This document shows positions 1 to 12,703 of a stretch of DNA of 64,000 bases, in pieces. The stretch comes from Thalia democratica (Eukaryota): positions 87,978,001 through 88,042,000 of the forward strand of contig OZ241826.1 of assembly GCA_965202585.1 (NCBI GenBank). The letters run 5' to 3'. Both the position numbers and the translations under genes were made by a program. The first letter of the stretch is position 1. Every line of letters begins with the position of its first letter. The notes under the pieces are model-generated. The model worked only from the letters and a program-made list of their open reading frames with translations. It was not told the DNA's origin and searched no databases.

Positions 1-58
1 GAACACCAAAATTAAAGTTTTTGTTTTATTAAGAAAGTCTCTATATTAGATATTTTAC

Positions 59-3000
59 CAACTTGTTTGATTTTTCACTGCTTTGAACGTCAATAGGACT
101 AATTGATTTTCTATTGGTATTGGCATCATCGAAACTATTGTGTTTTATAAACAATTTGTTGTTATTACAACGTAGAATGTCTTTTAGTGGGGTCGAAGCT
201 TGAATCTAAGTTTAAATATTCGAATAAGCTTATCAAGATAATTTTAATCGTTTTAAGGTTCATTTTTTATCATCTTTATTTGATTTATCCAAAACAATTA
301 CTTTTTATGTATTTTACTTTTTAAGTTTTAAATAACTTCAAATTGTTAATTAAGTAAAAAGAATAAAATTTAGAAAAATCTTTGACATCTATTCAGGTGT
401 ATGTATTTTTTACCATCTAAGTATAAAAGAACTAACTTCTTTTGATTCTTCAGTTATTAGTTCACAACTACTGTATTGTTCTACATTCTGTGAATAAAAT
501 CATCCGTTTACTTCATTGTAAAATTAAACATTTAATTGAAATGATCGCTTTATTTGTTAATAAAAACAAAATAAAAAAGGAAAATTTAGTTTTAACTTTT
601 GACGCTAACTTTTTTCTCTTAATTAAAGTCGTTCAAAAAGGAATTGATCTCGCTTCGAAAATTATGGTAAAAAATAATTAAATAATAATTCTAAGTTAAT
701 AGTTTGATTTAATCAAACCTAAGTAGATTTGAAAGCTTTCCAATTTCACAATAGTCATTTGCTTTATTTAGTTCAAGTAGTTTAAATAAAATGTAAATTA
801 ACTTAAAAGTTATAATTTTTTTACAATGCTATTAAATTACATTACAAAGTTATAACAATTATGTCTAAACGATTTTGATTATGAAACATTATTTGTTTAT
901 TAGTATTTACAAAAACTTCCATAAAAAGTGTTTTTGACAGTTAACAAATAAAAACAAAAATTAACTTGGTTTTTACGTTTCTTTGCACTTTTAACTGAAG
1001 GCATAGTTTGATTCACAGTATTCACAGTTACATCTGGTACATTTTGGCGCTGCTTTTTTGTCTTAACATAATCATTTGTTAAAGACTGTTTTAAATTGTC
1101 TATAACAGCAGTTTTAGTTTTTTGTTTACTACTCTGAAAACAAATTGATCTTTTTACTTTTAATCAAGAACAAACTTGTTACTGTAACTTTGTTCATTTT
1201 AGAACTTATAAAACTTGTTGGTATATAAAATAACAAACATTTTAAAACTACGTTTAAAACAAGATTTTAATCATCTTTCTATTGGTGTGATTAATTTAAA
1301 AAAATTTCAGTGCTTAATTGATTTGTTAAAGAACAGAAGTTTATAACTTTGTACACATCTCTATTGATAAAGGTTATATTTTGTCACTACAATAATGTGA
1401 TAGGTCGAAACGAATTTCAAAAAGCCTTCTCCACAACATTATTATTAAGTCTTTTTTAATAATAATAGATGTGATAGTAACAGAATTCTAACCATAACAA
1501 CTTAACTTTGAAAAATCATATAATGAATGTTGATTTTCTTCACATAAAATAAAAAACTAATTTTAAACTTTATTATTATTTTTTCCATAACCTAATTAGT
1601 TGTTATACAACATTTGAATTTACACAATATGTTTGAAAAATTCAACCACTTGTTATATTAGAATCGCATAGTTTGTCATTTGATATTTATTTTATTGCAG
1701 AATCACAGTTTGAAAATTTGTTTTGCGTTAAAACTGAATAATTGTAGGTTATAAAAAAATTAAAATTTATAAATTTATGAATATTCAATTAGAATTCCTT
1801 TTTGTGTTAAATCTGTTTTATATAAAGATTTAAAATTCTTTTTATAAGATTCTGCCTAAACTAAGTCTTTTATAAATTTTTTAAGTTTCTCAAAATACTT
1901 AAGCAAAAGTAACGTTGCTTAAATTAACCATGAAAAGATATAAAGTTTGTTAAATTGTCTAAGATAAAAAAAAAATTATTCACAAATAAATGGTCAGCTG
2001 TATTATGTCAATAAAAAATGTTAACTAAAAATAACATTCATCATTATGATGTTGTATATGTGAAAGTAAACTTTTTCTAACTACGTCAATTAACGTAAAA
2101 AGGTGAATCTATCAACAAACTATTTATCACTCTTATATCGGTAGCTTTTAAGTTTAGCGTCTGCGCAGTTCAAAAAGTTCATTGATTTAAAGAACTTAAA
2201 AAGTCTTTTTTTACACGAGAAAACAGCTGTTCGATAACATGAAATTGACAAATGTTTGAGAAAATAACAAAATTTTGACGTTTTTAACTTTTCATGTTCG
2301 CGTCAACAACAAAAATAAATATTTCAAACGAAATTATCATGTAAATGAAACTTGTTTAGTGTTAAAATAAAAGCACCTGTTTGATGTTGAACATTTAAAA
2401 GTTTTTTTTAATTATTACCTCCATTCTCTTAAAAAATGGTTATAACTATTTAAGAATTTTATACTTTTTTGAACATTTAGAAAAATTAAAACCCGCCCAA
2501 AAATTTTTGAAATTTTTTTACCTATTTTGCTTTATTTAAAATATTCCAACTGTTAGAATTTATCTTTTTTAGAGAAAAACTATTTAAACATCATAAATTA
2601 AAGTTTCTAATTAAAATTGTATTGTAAAATTTCTTAAACTTTAATTAAAATTTTTTTAAACTATTTTAAAAATAAAATAAAAACTATAAACTTAAGTCTG
2701 CACTCTTAATTAAACTAGAGTCTGTCAGATTATTTATAATAACCGACTAACTTTTAAATAAAACTTTTAGTGTCTAGTATTTTTCAACCTATATTTCCGT
2801 ACAATTTTTGAAATATTAAAAAAGGTTTTATTTTAAAAAAATTAATATTATATATCATATATATTTGGTTTTGTTATATAATTAATAAAAATAAAAACCT
2901 GATTAATAGCATGAGAGTTTCTTACAGCTTGAGAAAATGAACTATTTAGACCTAAATAAGTTTTGCTTAATTAATCTAGCACATTTAATATTCAAAACCT

Positions 3001-6000
3001 TTGAAAATTTACTTATTAATTATAAAAATATACCATCTAAAGTAACTTAAAGTTATACATTATGAACTATTTTTTTAAAAGTTAAAACAAAACTATATTG
3101 ACAGTTTTTACTTCAATATTAATTACAAACAAAACATTCGAGGCTTAAAACTTTATCAAACATTTTTATTTATAGAGACAAAACTCGTCTAAAATTGCCA
3201 TACAAAAGTTGTCTAAAATTGTAAAATAATTAAGTTACCTTTCGGCTGGCTTATTGCGTTTTGACTTTTCATTTGTTGGCCTGCAGATGCAGATAAAGGA
3301 AAAGTTTTGTTAATTTTGCTATTTCTTGGTAGCTTTGGATTTATTTGATAACTTTTGAACACCTGAGGTTCACTTTGCGTCTTGGCTAAAGCTGGTACGC
3401 TTTGCATCTTTTCTGCATTAAATACTGTGTTGACCTGCATTTGTTGTTTATGTTGGACCTGAGCATTGTATGGCATTTGGTAAGTACTTCTAACTTGAGA
3501 GTTACCTATTAATTGAGAGTTACTTTGAACCTTAGGGTTACCTATTAACTGAGGTTTATCTCGAACTTTAGTTTTACCTAGTAAATGAGAGTTATTTTGA
3601 ACCTGGGGGTTGCTTAGTAACCTAGAATTACTTTGTACCTTTGGGTTGCCTAAATTTTGAGAGTTATTGTGAACCTGAAGAATACCTTGTAACTGAGAAT
3701 TACTTTGTAGCTGAGGGTTACCTAGTAACTGAGGATTAATTTGAAGCTGAGGGTTACCTAGTAACTGAGGATCACTCTGAACTTGAGGGTTGCCTAGTAA
3801 CTGAGAATTACTTTGAACCTGATGATTACCTACTAACTGAGGATTACTTTGCAATTGTACTTGACGGTTGTTTTGCATTTGATGGTGAAAAAATTGTTGA
3901 GCTGTAGTTGTTGTCAGACTTCCTGGATAACTCGAAGAATTTCCTGCTGGATTTCCAGTAAAATTTATTGGATTTCCTTGATGTTGAGCAAGAAAACTTC
4001 GCTGTTTGTTCTGAAAATTTCAGTAAAATCGTTAACAATTTAGCATAAATAAAACTAAATAGTTGCAGTACACGTTCAAGTTTTCTAAAGTAGACTGACA
4101 AACTGTATTGTAATTTTATGAACTGTATATTTGACTTATTTTAAGTTATTATTATTGTATTTGACAAGGTTATTAAAGATTTAAACAACGAAATTAATGT
4201 CTAAATAATTTAGATTACATAAGCTCTTATAAGATAAACACTATAATGGAAACTATTTTTTAGAAAAATACTGTAACCGTACACTAAATTTTATTTGCAA
4301 CCGTTTTATGTTAAAAACGAAAATACCAAAATGAGCCGTATGCAAACACTGTAGCAATTTTAATACAGTTAGAATAAGGAAAAATAAAGAGCAGATAAGC
4401 AATTGCTAATGTATTGTTAAATAAAGTTAAGATATAAACTTACTATATAAACCTGCCACAGAGAGTCATTCTAGCCAAAGCCTGCTGCAATAAACATGAC
4501 ATTCCAGAACAGCCGTTTTTATTGTTCGATTGTTTTGTGTAAAGTTTTTATTTAAGAATGTTTTAGTCTTATAAGTAATTTTATAATTTTATTTTGAAGC
4601 AGCTTTCTTATTTTAACTAAAAGATTCTTAAGATGAATTTCTTTTAGATTTAAATCGCATTTAAAGGCTTCAACAAAATCAAAAGTAAATTATAAAGAGT
4701 AATTATTTAGTGTTTGCAATGGTTCCTTAGTACATAATGTACATTCATGTCATGCTTAGTCTTATGCACATTAGCCCTAAGTAACATCGAGTAAAGCATT
4801 TAGTATAACTTAAGTTTAAATTTAACTGTGGTTATTTGTGTAAGTGTTTTACTTATTTTACCATTCAAGTAACTTTATAACTATATAATTGAGGTAACTT
4901 ACAATTCATGTAAGTTATAATATTATATTTGATAAAAAGCTATTATACAGACAAACTAACTGCAAGAAACTGATTGATGTCCAGACTTATGGCTTGTACC
5001 AAAGCAATTGAAGCCTGTTGTCTACGCTGTTAAAAAATGTTTTTTGTTGTTAAATTATATATTAAAATTTTAAAATTAGTTGAAACCTAACTTTACTAAA
5101 GTTTTATTAATTCTAAAAGCTTAAAATGTAATATTTAATACAGCAATTTTTTACTGTGTTATTATAAATTTCTACTTTTTTTTTCTTATAACAGTGTAAA
5201 TATATAAAAAATACAACCAAGATTAAAAAATAAAAAACTTAATAAAAGTTTTATGCAGATTTTAATATTTCGAAGTAAAAAAAATCTTGATATTAGAACA
5301 GGAAACTTAAATAACATTAGTTTAGTCGAAGGAGTTATCAACGGTAACAGGAAGTATTATATTTTGAAATATACTTATGTTCGTCACTGAAAAATCAAAC
5401 TTAATATGTTTTCAAAAATTGTAACTCATTATAAATTAAAGGCTTTTACTCTTCTTTTTTAAACAAAAAGTATAAGGTTTGAAAATTTAAACATAAAAAA
5501 GTGTTTTAAAAACTGACGCCTAGTTTACAATACTCACACCTACGATTATTTTTGAAGTTTCTTTTATAATTTGCATAAGTAATTGTTAAATATAGAAAGG
5601 GTTTAATGGTTTTTGAAAATTTATATATAAATCATTTAAAAGTCATTTGAAATAACATATGTGGTTAAAACAGTATATAGATTTAAATGTAAAACTGAGG
5701 AACAAACAAAAAAATTTATGATAGTTAAATCAAAGAACTAAAAAAACTAACATCAGGTGGTAGGTAAGGTAAAAACGAATTGATTAAACTAACGAGTATG
5801 TTTACCATTTCGCCCTATTGAAAAAAACTATATTACTTTGAATATCTAAAAACATTACTCTTTATTATTTTGAAAAAATTTTCTTCAATTAGTTTTTGTT
5901 AGATTATAATATTACACCTTTTTAGACCATTTATTTAAAACTAACTCTTTTTTGAACTTCTAAGCTTTGACTTGTTGCATCATCGTAAAACTAGAAAAAA

Positions 6001-7465
6001 AAATTGCAAGAAATTAGTAATTAAATTTATAATATTGTTATTTTAATTTGTTAAAAGAACTTTACATCAAAACTTATGTATTATTACGATATGAATTAAG
6101 TTTTTATCTTTTAATGTAGTGTCATTTAATATTATACTATTTACACTAAATATAGTGTAATCTTAGAATTTCAAAAAAATTATGTAATTACATTAATTAT
6201 AGTAAAGAATAATTAGTTTTATTTATTATAAATTACCTTAGTACACAGCTTTTGGGTTTCATTTCTTTCTGCAACAACTTTTTCATACTCTGTCCTCAAA
6301 CTGAAAATTGTATTTTATATTAACTTAATTTTAAAATCCTGTATTGATTTTTTTCAATTCAGCTATTTAAAATGAGAAAAATTTTTACAAGATAAATAGT
6401 TGTAAACAAAACTTTGTTTAAAAAGCTCATATTAAAGTACTTTAAAAATTCAAGCAATCTAAAAAATAAAAGAATATTAACAGAACCATATGTTTATTTT
6501 GGCATCGTTTAAAGGTGAGTAAAAAAGCTTGTATTTTAAATACTGTTGCAACCTAACTAACGATTGAAATTGAGTTTGCATGTGTGATGCTTCATTTCTT
6601 ATTTTTTCACAAAATTCAAAAATATTGTCTGCTCCCAAACTGATGTTCACTAACGGATTTGCACGCTGTAAAACAAACATAGTATTAATCTTGCCAGTTC
6701 ATAAACATTAATAAAATAAAAATTTTAATAAAAACTAGACAAAAAACAATTCAGTTTAATCCTCTTATTTTTATCTACTGGTTACTAAAATGTTATTTAT
6801 AGTATTAGCTTACATTTCCATTAGAGTTATGAGGAATCATCTAAATGATTTTTTAGTTTTCAATTTTTATATATTACTTAAATACTTTACAAGTATACCT
6901 AAAAATATATCAATAAAGTTTATAAACAAAAAGTCACAAATGGTAATAAAAGCTAATTTTAGAATAAATCATTGCAGCTAAGGTTCTTGTATTGTGTTTT
7001 TAATTTATCTAACTTTAGTTGTTAAACTAAGTGTAAAAATCAGCACTATAGATAATAATGTATATTTTACTTAACAATTTTTTTAATAATCTTTTTTAAG
7101 ATTATAATTGTTTTTACTAAGTCCTTAATGCTTTAAACTTTTTTTCTTCAAGTTAGTTGGTTTAACTGCTTACACTTCTAAAAAAAAATGGTTTAGCCTA
7201 ACTAAAACTTGAACAATGACATTTCTTACACATAAAAATATTTTTTTCATGCATTTAAAGCTGTACATTCAACAAAAACAAACTGATATAAAATTTTAAA
7301 GCAATTTTAATGTTTAGCCTCAAGGAATAATACAAAAAGAAATTTTATTTTTGTTACTATATTCAATACTATTTCCTAAATTTAACTACTATTACTTTTT
7401 TTTAAACTCTCATTTTTACAACTGACGAAATCTAAAAAAACCGTTATCAAAATTTGTTTTGACAT
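59..7465 (-). CDS. TLE: Groucho/TLE family co-repressor, divergent; N-terminal Q, GP and CcN regions (WD40 part expected beyond the left window edge)
   Basis: Minus-strand exons with AG/GT ends and matching phases: 7442-7465 (MSKQILIT, candidate first coding exon with weak donor), 6562-6665, 6237-6300, 5946-5990, 5752-5814, 4961-5026, 3239-4010, [phase 1-to-0 microexon not pinned down], 966-1133, 437-487, 59-205. Q-domain translation ...[104 protein letters not shown] aligns by eye to TLE [82 protein letters not shown]. Exon sizes 24/104/64/45/63/66 and phases resemble the vertebrate TLE layout as I recall it (24/101/64/45/63/75). Exon 966-1133 ends in a CcN-like basic KKRK motif. Confidence 0.85.
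3456..3851 (-). repeat. Coding minisatellite: ~11 units of 36 nt encoding a 12-aa Q/N-rich repeat (QSNSQLLGNPQV consensus) inside the 772-nt TLE exon
   Basis: Translation QSNPQLVGNHQV QSNSQLLGNPQV QSDPQLLGNPQL QINPQLLGNPQL QSNSQLQGILQV HNNSQNLGNPKV QSNSRLLSNPQV QNNSHLLGKTKV RDKPQLIGNPKV QSNSQLIGNSQV RSTYQMPYNAQV; frame open throughout. Confidence 0.9.
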
Positions 7466-8039
7466 TTCCTGTAATATGAACATATATTTTACAAAATCAA
7501 AATATAGTTTTACGAACTATTTAAACTTTTTTCCCATGTTTTACCCAACTTTTAGTAATTTTTGTTAAACTCTGTAAAAAATGAGGTACTTAAAACTAAA
7601 CCAAATTTAAAGTATTGATAAGCCGTACTAATTATGAAATCTTATTCTAATATATAAATAAATGAGTAATTTAAAGATGAATATTGTCAGCTTTTATTTT
7701 AAAGCTTCTTAAAGTATTTATGAGATATTAAAATTAAGAATAGATTTAAGAGTATAAATAAACATTATAATAGAACTATTTATTTTTGATGAGCTGTTGT
7801 TTAATAATGTGTAGTTTTCACTTTGAAAAAAAATTGTTTTAAATAACTTATATAACTTAATGAGATAATCATTTAATAAATAACATATTCAAATAAAATT
7901 GTACTGACGCGTTAATTTAAACACTGAAGCTGATGTACCACGTAATCACACAAAAAAAGAAAAGAATAATTCACAAATTTTGTTTATATTTAGCTACCAA
8001 ATTCATTTGTTAAGCTTTTTTATTTTTATTTATTCCATT

Positions 8040-8460
8040 CGACCTTCAGAAACTTGATAAATCGGAGCAGCAAGCTCAATCTGTGTCACCTGCATCTTGT
8101 GCATCGCCGTGTGAATAAAATATCACATTTTGCGTTTTTGAAAATTCACTGCAGCATTTGACAAGCTGAACTAGAATAGGGGACAAATCGAGAAAAAAAA
8201 CTACTAGAATAGACCAGCATAGTTTTTATTTGATAAGAAGTAACTACAGCTATTAAGACAATGAAGTGTTTTGCATCAATATAATTTATAGTTACTTTAA
8301 CTTTTTCGTAAACAAATATTCTATAACATTTACAAACTGGTGTAGTTGTAACATAAAAAGATTTTGAATAAGTTTAAAATAAATCTTACAAGTTTGTTTT
8401 TTTTTTATAATTTTCGCACTCCCTAATGAAATACAACGCAACGCCACTGCTAAAGGATTA
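8040..8460 (-). promoter_or_regulatory. Probable promoter / 5' leader region of the TLE gene
   Basis: Locally GC/CpG-enriched patches (8040-8190 and 8410-8455) just upstream of the TLE coding exons; position and composition only, no TSS evidence. Confidence 0.35.
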
Positions 8461-8916
8461 ACTGATTCAAAATGTTTAACATTTGTAAAAAGTTTATACT
8501 TTTTTCTGATTAAAACTGTAAATAATTTAAATTAATGTAAAACTCAAGAGAACAATTCCTTGTGAGAGGAGCAAACTAAAACTGCAAAAAAAAAGTTTTT
8601 TAAGAACAATATATTCTTTCCTACAGTTTTTTAGATACTTACCTCAAACTTTAAGGAAATGTCCTACGCAATATTTAGATAAATTTATTTAAGCATAATC
8701 TAAAAATACTAAAAAAAAAATTTTTCATAACAGAAATAAACAAAAAATTGTTTTAATTATAAAAAATTATACTTAATATTTTTTTTTAATTTATATTATA
8801 GAGATTTTAAAATAATCAAAATAAACCATCTTTATAATATTAAGAAATATATTGTTTAATAAATAAAGTTGCTATAAATAAATATTTATGAGTTTTTTGT
8901 TATTCAAAAGAAAAAG

Positions 8917-8987
8917 TGTCGCCAGAGAGGTTCGAACCACCGACAATCATTATTAAGACCAGCGCTCTGCCACTGAGCTATGATGGC
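8917..8987 (-). pseudogene. Degenerate tRNA pseudogene, probably derived from tRNA-Thr
   Basis: Reverse complement GCCATCATAGCTCAGTGGCAGAGCGCTGGTCTTAATAATGATTGTCGGTGGTTCGAACCTCTCTGGCGACA has intact A box/D arm and GTTCGAAC B box plus the Thr-like CTGGTCT, but anticodon (CTGGT/ATGAT), acceptor and T stems are mismatched. Confidence 0.75.
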
Positions 8988-9035
8988 TGCTATTTAAAGT
9001 GGATTTATGTGATTTTAAAGCAAACAGTATTTTAC

Positions 9036-9155
9036 TAGTCCTGGACATGATGTTAAACTGTTCTCGTGTATGATTCGATAACCAAAAGGTTTTTTCGTGC
9101 ACCAGGACCTTGGACCAAAAGTTTTGAGCGTTTTTTGTCGTTCAATAAACAATAT
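9036..9155. repeat. Dispersed ~130-bp repeat family A (other copies near 12042-12066, 53760-53850, 57670-57740, 58190-58390)
   Basis: gattcgataaccaaaaggttttttcgtgcaccaggaccttggaccaaaagttttgagcgttttttgtcgttcaataaacaat is the reverse complement of related sequence at 58275-58365 and 53760-53825. Confidence 0.8.
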
Positions 9156-10275
9156 TGTTACGTCACAATGTAAAAAGAATCATTGTAATGTTTATCATAC
9201 GATTTTGTTTTTTTCAATACGACATATGAAATAAATGTTTATTACCATTTCTATAAAAACTTTTATTTCTGAAATTAAAGCCAAACATAAAAAAAAAAGT
9301 TCGTTTGTTACATCACAAAATAAATCGCTTTCGGTATTAGTAATTTTTATTAGGGTTAGACATAAAAATATTTGTATAAATTTATAGTCATCATATATAA
9401 ATTTAATTATTATTTTTGACAAGACAGTAATTAATGTTTAAAATATTTTTACATCTTTTCGCATTTTCAAATTTTTATTAAGCTGTTAATTTCAAAAGCA
9501 AAACTTTGAAATTTACACCAAAACTTTAAAATATTTTTTATAACACTCAGCAAAAAACTATTTTAAAAAAGTTTACTAGTGTAAATAATTTACTTATAAA
9601 GTTTAATAATAACTTATAATTGAATTTTTTCTTAAATCAAAGTTTTAATAACATTTTGCAATAGAAAATATTTAAATATTATTAAAACTAAAACTTAAGT
9701 GTACAAATTATCAAAATATATCTTTAGAAAACCTTTTTTTTTGTTTTGGTACTTTTATATATTTTTGAAAACTAATACCTGATCACTTTTCTAATAGTTA
9801 GACTCATTACTATAGATGTTGAAATTTATTTCTACTAGTAATTTATTATCAATACCTTTAATACTATTTTTTCACAAAAGAGAAAAATATAAAATCTAAA
9901 AATGATAGTTTATGAAAGTTCTCAGAGTTTTGCTGAAACTTTTGAATTTAGAAAAGCACTGGTACATAATAACTAACTTTAAACAGTCTTACAAAGTTCT
10001 CACAACTTAGTTAAAACAGTCAATCTAAGTTTAAAGTGTGTTCATTTATTGCCTAAGAAAGCATAAACGTTTAGTTTGGTAAACTAAACATTTAGTTTAT
10101 TTAATACTTTTATGTTCTATATGTAAGCAAAATTGTTTGAAATAAATTAAATATTTGATAAATAAAATTTATAATAGTATTAATTATAATTAAGATTTAT
10201 AGTTAAATGTTATAAGCTTTTAATTTATACATTTTAAACTTAGCAAAACATTACAAACTACTTACAAGTCACTTA

Positions 10276-10917
10276 CAGTAATCTCTCGCTTATTTACGCA
10301 CATTGTGTCCACGGAAAAATTGTGTAAAGATACGAGAGATCGTAAAAATACGAGAGGTACCAAATATTTTTACTAATTTTGATAATAAGTAGATTTTATA
10401 TTTATTTATATGTGATTTATTTGACACTTAACATTTATATTCTATCCTACTTAGCGAATTTAATTTATAATTAAGCATTCGTGTTAAGTGTAAGCTCTAT
10501 ATTTATTACGTATCACTGCTACTTTTAACTAGGAAGTTTCATTAGATTTTTAGATGTTTGTTTATATATAGGGCAAGAGTACTGTTTTAAACTTTCATTA
10601 TTTAATTATAATTTCCTTATTTAACACAGTCATATTTATTTCAAAGTTTTAATTTAATCTCTTATTGGTAACAAAATTTCTGATATACTGAGGTATAACT
10701 AAATGTTTACCAATTAGTCATAAGTTTACAAGTCTATTGATATAGTGAAATGAGTTAGCATTTAAAATCATATTTTACATAAAAAATATAAAATAAACCT
10801 AGTTTGTGCAATATTAAAAAATATTAAATTTTTTTCTGAATTTTATAGCATTCTAAAATGCGTAAATAAAAGAGAGTGCGTAACGTCATGACTGCGTAAA
10901 GATGCGAGAGGTTACTG
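10276..10917. mobile_element. Non-autonomous Tc1/mariner (pogo/Tigger-like) MITE, 642 bp
   Basis: TIRs CAGTAATCTCTCGC... / ...GCGAGAGGTTACTG (13/14 match) flanked by TA on both sides (10274-10275, 10918-10919); no ORF. Confidence 0.85.
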
Positions 10918-11569
10918 TAGTGTGAAACATCTAGATGTTTAAGATATTTTTAGGTATTTTTTATTTATTTTAAACTTTTCTAAAATATAAGAGAAAACAA
11001 TGGTAAATGTTTCTTGAATAAAATATTTTACATACACAACATAAAAGTATAAAAATAATAACAATTAGATAACAAATTTTAATATATCGATTTATGTGAA
11101 AAAATAGTAAAATTCATAAAATGAAATAAAAAAATCATATTTTTACTAATAGTCATATTTATTTCGTTATTATGTTAATAAATAGTTATAAGTTTTTAAA
11201 GTTATTAATCACTTAAAATTAGTGACGAAAAATTAATCATAAATCCATAAAAACTGTATGAATTATAACATAGAAGGTTTCAGAGAATAAGTTATTAAAA
11301 GATTATTCTTAAACTTCTTGATTCTATATAAAATATGTTTAATTTTCCTTTTTTTTATTATAAATTAATATGTTTACTGTATAAATATATATGTTATCCT
11401 AATTATTTTTCAAAGTTATTTTTCAAACTTGTTTTGTAAGTGTTATTCTAGATAAATCAAAGCTATTAAATAACTATATTCTGATTTTTAGTAAATAGTT
11501 ATAAATATTCAAATATATTTTCATAAAAATAGGTTACTCTTAATTAAGTCAAAATTTAAATTAAAAACG

Positions 11570-11641
11570 TGGAGATGCCGGGAATTGAACCCGGGGCCTC
11601 ACGCATGCGAAGCGCGCGCTCTACCCCTGAGCTACATCCCC
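11570..11641 (-). tRNA. tRNA-Ala(CGC)
   Basis: Reverse complement GGGGATGTAGCTCAGGGGTAGAGCGCGCGCTTCGCATGCGTGAGGCCCCGGGTTCAATTCCCGGCATCTCCA folds as a cloverleaf with anticodon CGC and is followed by a T5 Pol III terminator. Confidence 0.95.
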
Positions 11642-11820
11642 ACTTGTTTAAAAGTCAATAATTTGGTTTATGTACTTGAATGTTTGTATATATCTTTGTA
11701 CTTGAAACGGGTAAAAATTGCACGAAGACAAATTATCACGAGGGGAATAGTTTGCACAAAGAAAACTTTGAACGGAAGGTCATTTTTGCACAAGAGTTAA
11801 AAAAAACAGAAAAAAAAAAC

Positions 11821-11838
11821 ATATATATATATATATAT
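11821..11838. repeat. (AT)n microsatellite
   Basis: Nine AT units read directly. Confidence 0.95.
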
Positions 11839-12631
11839 GTATAAAAAAAAATTAAAAGAATTATTTTTTTATTAAAAAGAAGAAAAAAAAGTTACTGACC
11901 GAGGGTAAGGGTTATGAATAACAGTGATAGTAAAAATAAAAAATGAAAAATAACTAACAAAAACTTTTATAGAGAAAAAACTAAATAGATAAATAAAAAC
12001 AAATTAGTTAATAGAAGAAAAAAGCTATCGACCGAGGGATCGTCTTTTTTTGTCGTTCAATAAACTAAAACGTAAACACTTTCTCAAAATTAGAAAAAAA
12101 AAGATTGATTTCAAATTTCTAAACTAAAATAACAAATTTGTACTTTGAATTTTATTTATCTACTAATTATAAAAGTTTTAATTTTTTTCCTAGTAATTAT
12201 TTTTAGTATTATATTTAGGCTTACTGCTTTTAATTTTAGCTTTAAGGTAAGTAAATAATTTGTCTTGAAAAAGGAAGAATAAAATTAAAATAATTTTATA
12301 ATACAATATAGCTTATTATATTCCTATACCACCAAACTATAAATTTACTAAATATTTTATTTAAATTGTCATCATTGTATTATGTTTAAAGGAAAATTGT
12401 GTACAAAAACTACTTAAAATCAAAATATAAAATAAAATACGTAACCAAATACATATTTATTGCAGAAAACGCATTCAAATTACTTAGTTCAAAAAGTGAT
12501 GTCGGCTGATTGAAAAACAAACAGTTTGTAACAAGCGACAAGCTTACGATTTACCTTCTAACATTCTCTCGCATCTACCAAGATACACGTGCTTAACATT
12601 TATATACGCAATATTTATCTCACATATGTGT

Positions 12632-12703
12632 GGTCCTATGGTGTAATGGTTAGCACACAGGACTCTGAATCCTGTGATCCGAGTTCAAGTCTCGGTAGGA
12701 CCT
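12632..12703 (+). tRNA. tRNA-Gln(CTG)
   Basis: GGTCCTATGGTGTAATGGTTAGCACACAGGACTCTGAATCCTGTGATCCGAGTTCAAGTCTCGGTAGGACCT: all stems pair, anticodon CTG, followed by T4. Confidence 0.97.

Noticed and set aside
3844-4101. ORFs 3844-4101 (-) and 3849-4043 (+)
   Set aside because: Alternative frames over the real TLE exon 3239-4010.
4450-4500. Possible extra TLE exon (QALARMTLCG)
   Set aside because: Ends in phase 2 and is not needed; exon 4961-5026 joins 3239-4010 directly in phase 0 with TLE-like continuity.
8917-8987. Thr-body tRNA with a TAA anticodon as a possible recoding tRNA
   Set aside because: Anticodon, acceptor and T stems are all broken, consistent with a decayed pseudogene.
11585-11800. 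71-aa ORF
   Set aside because: Overlaps tRNA-Ala on the opposite strand and a repeat; non-ATG start.
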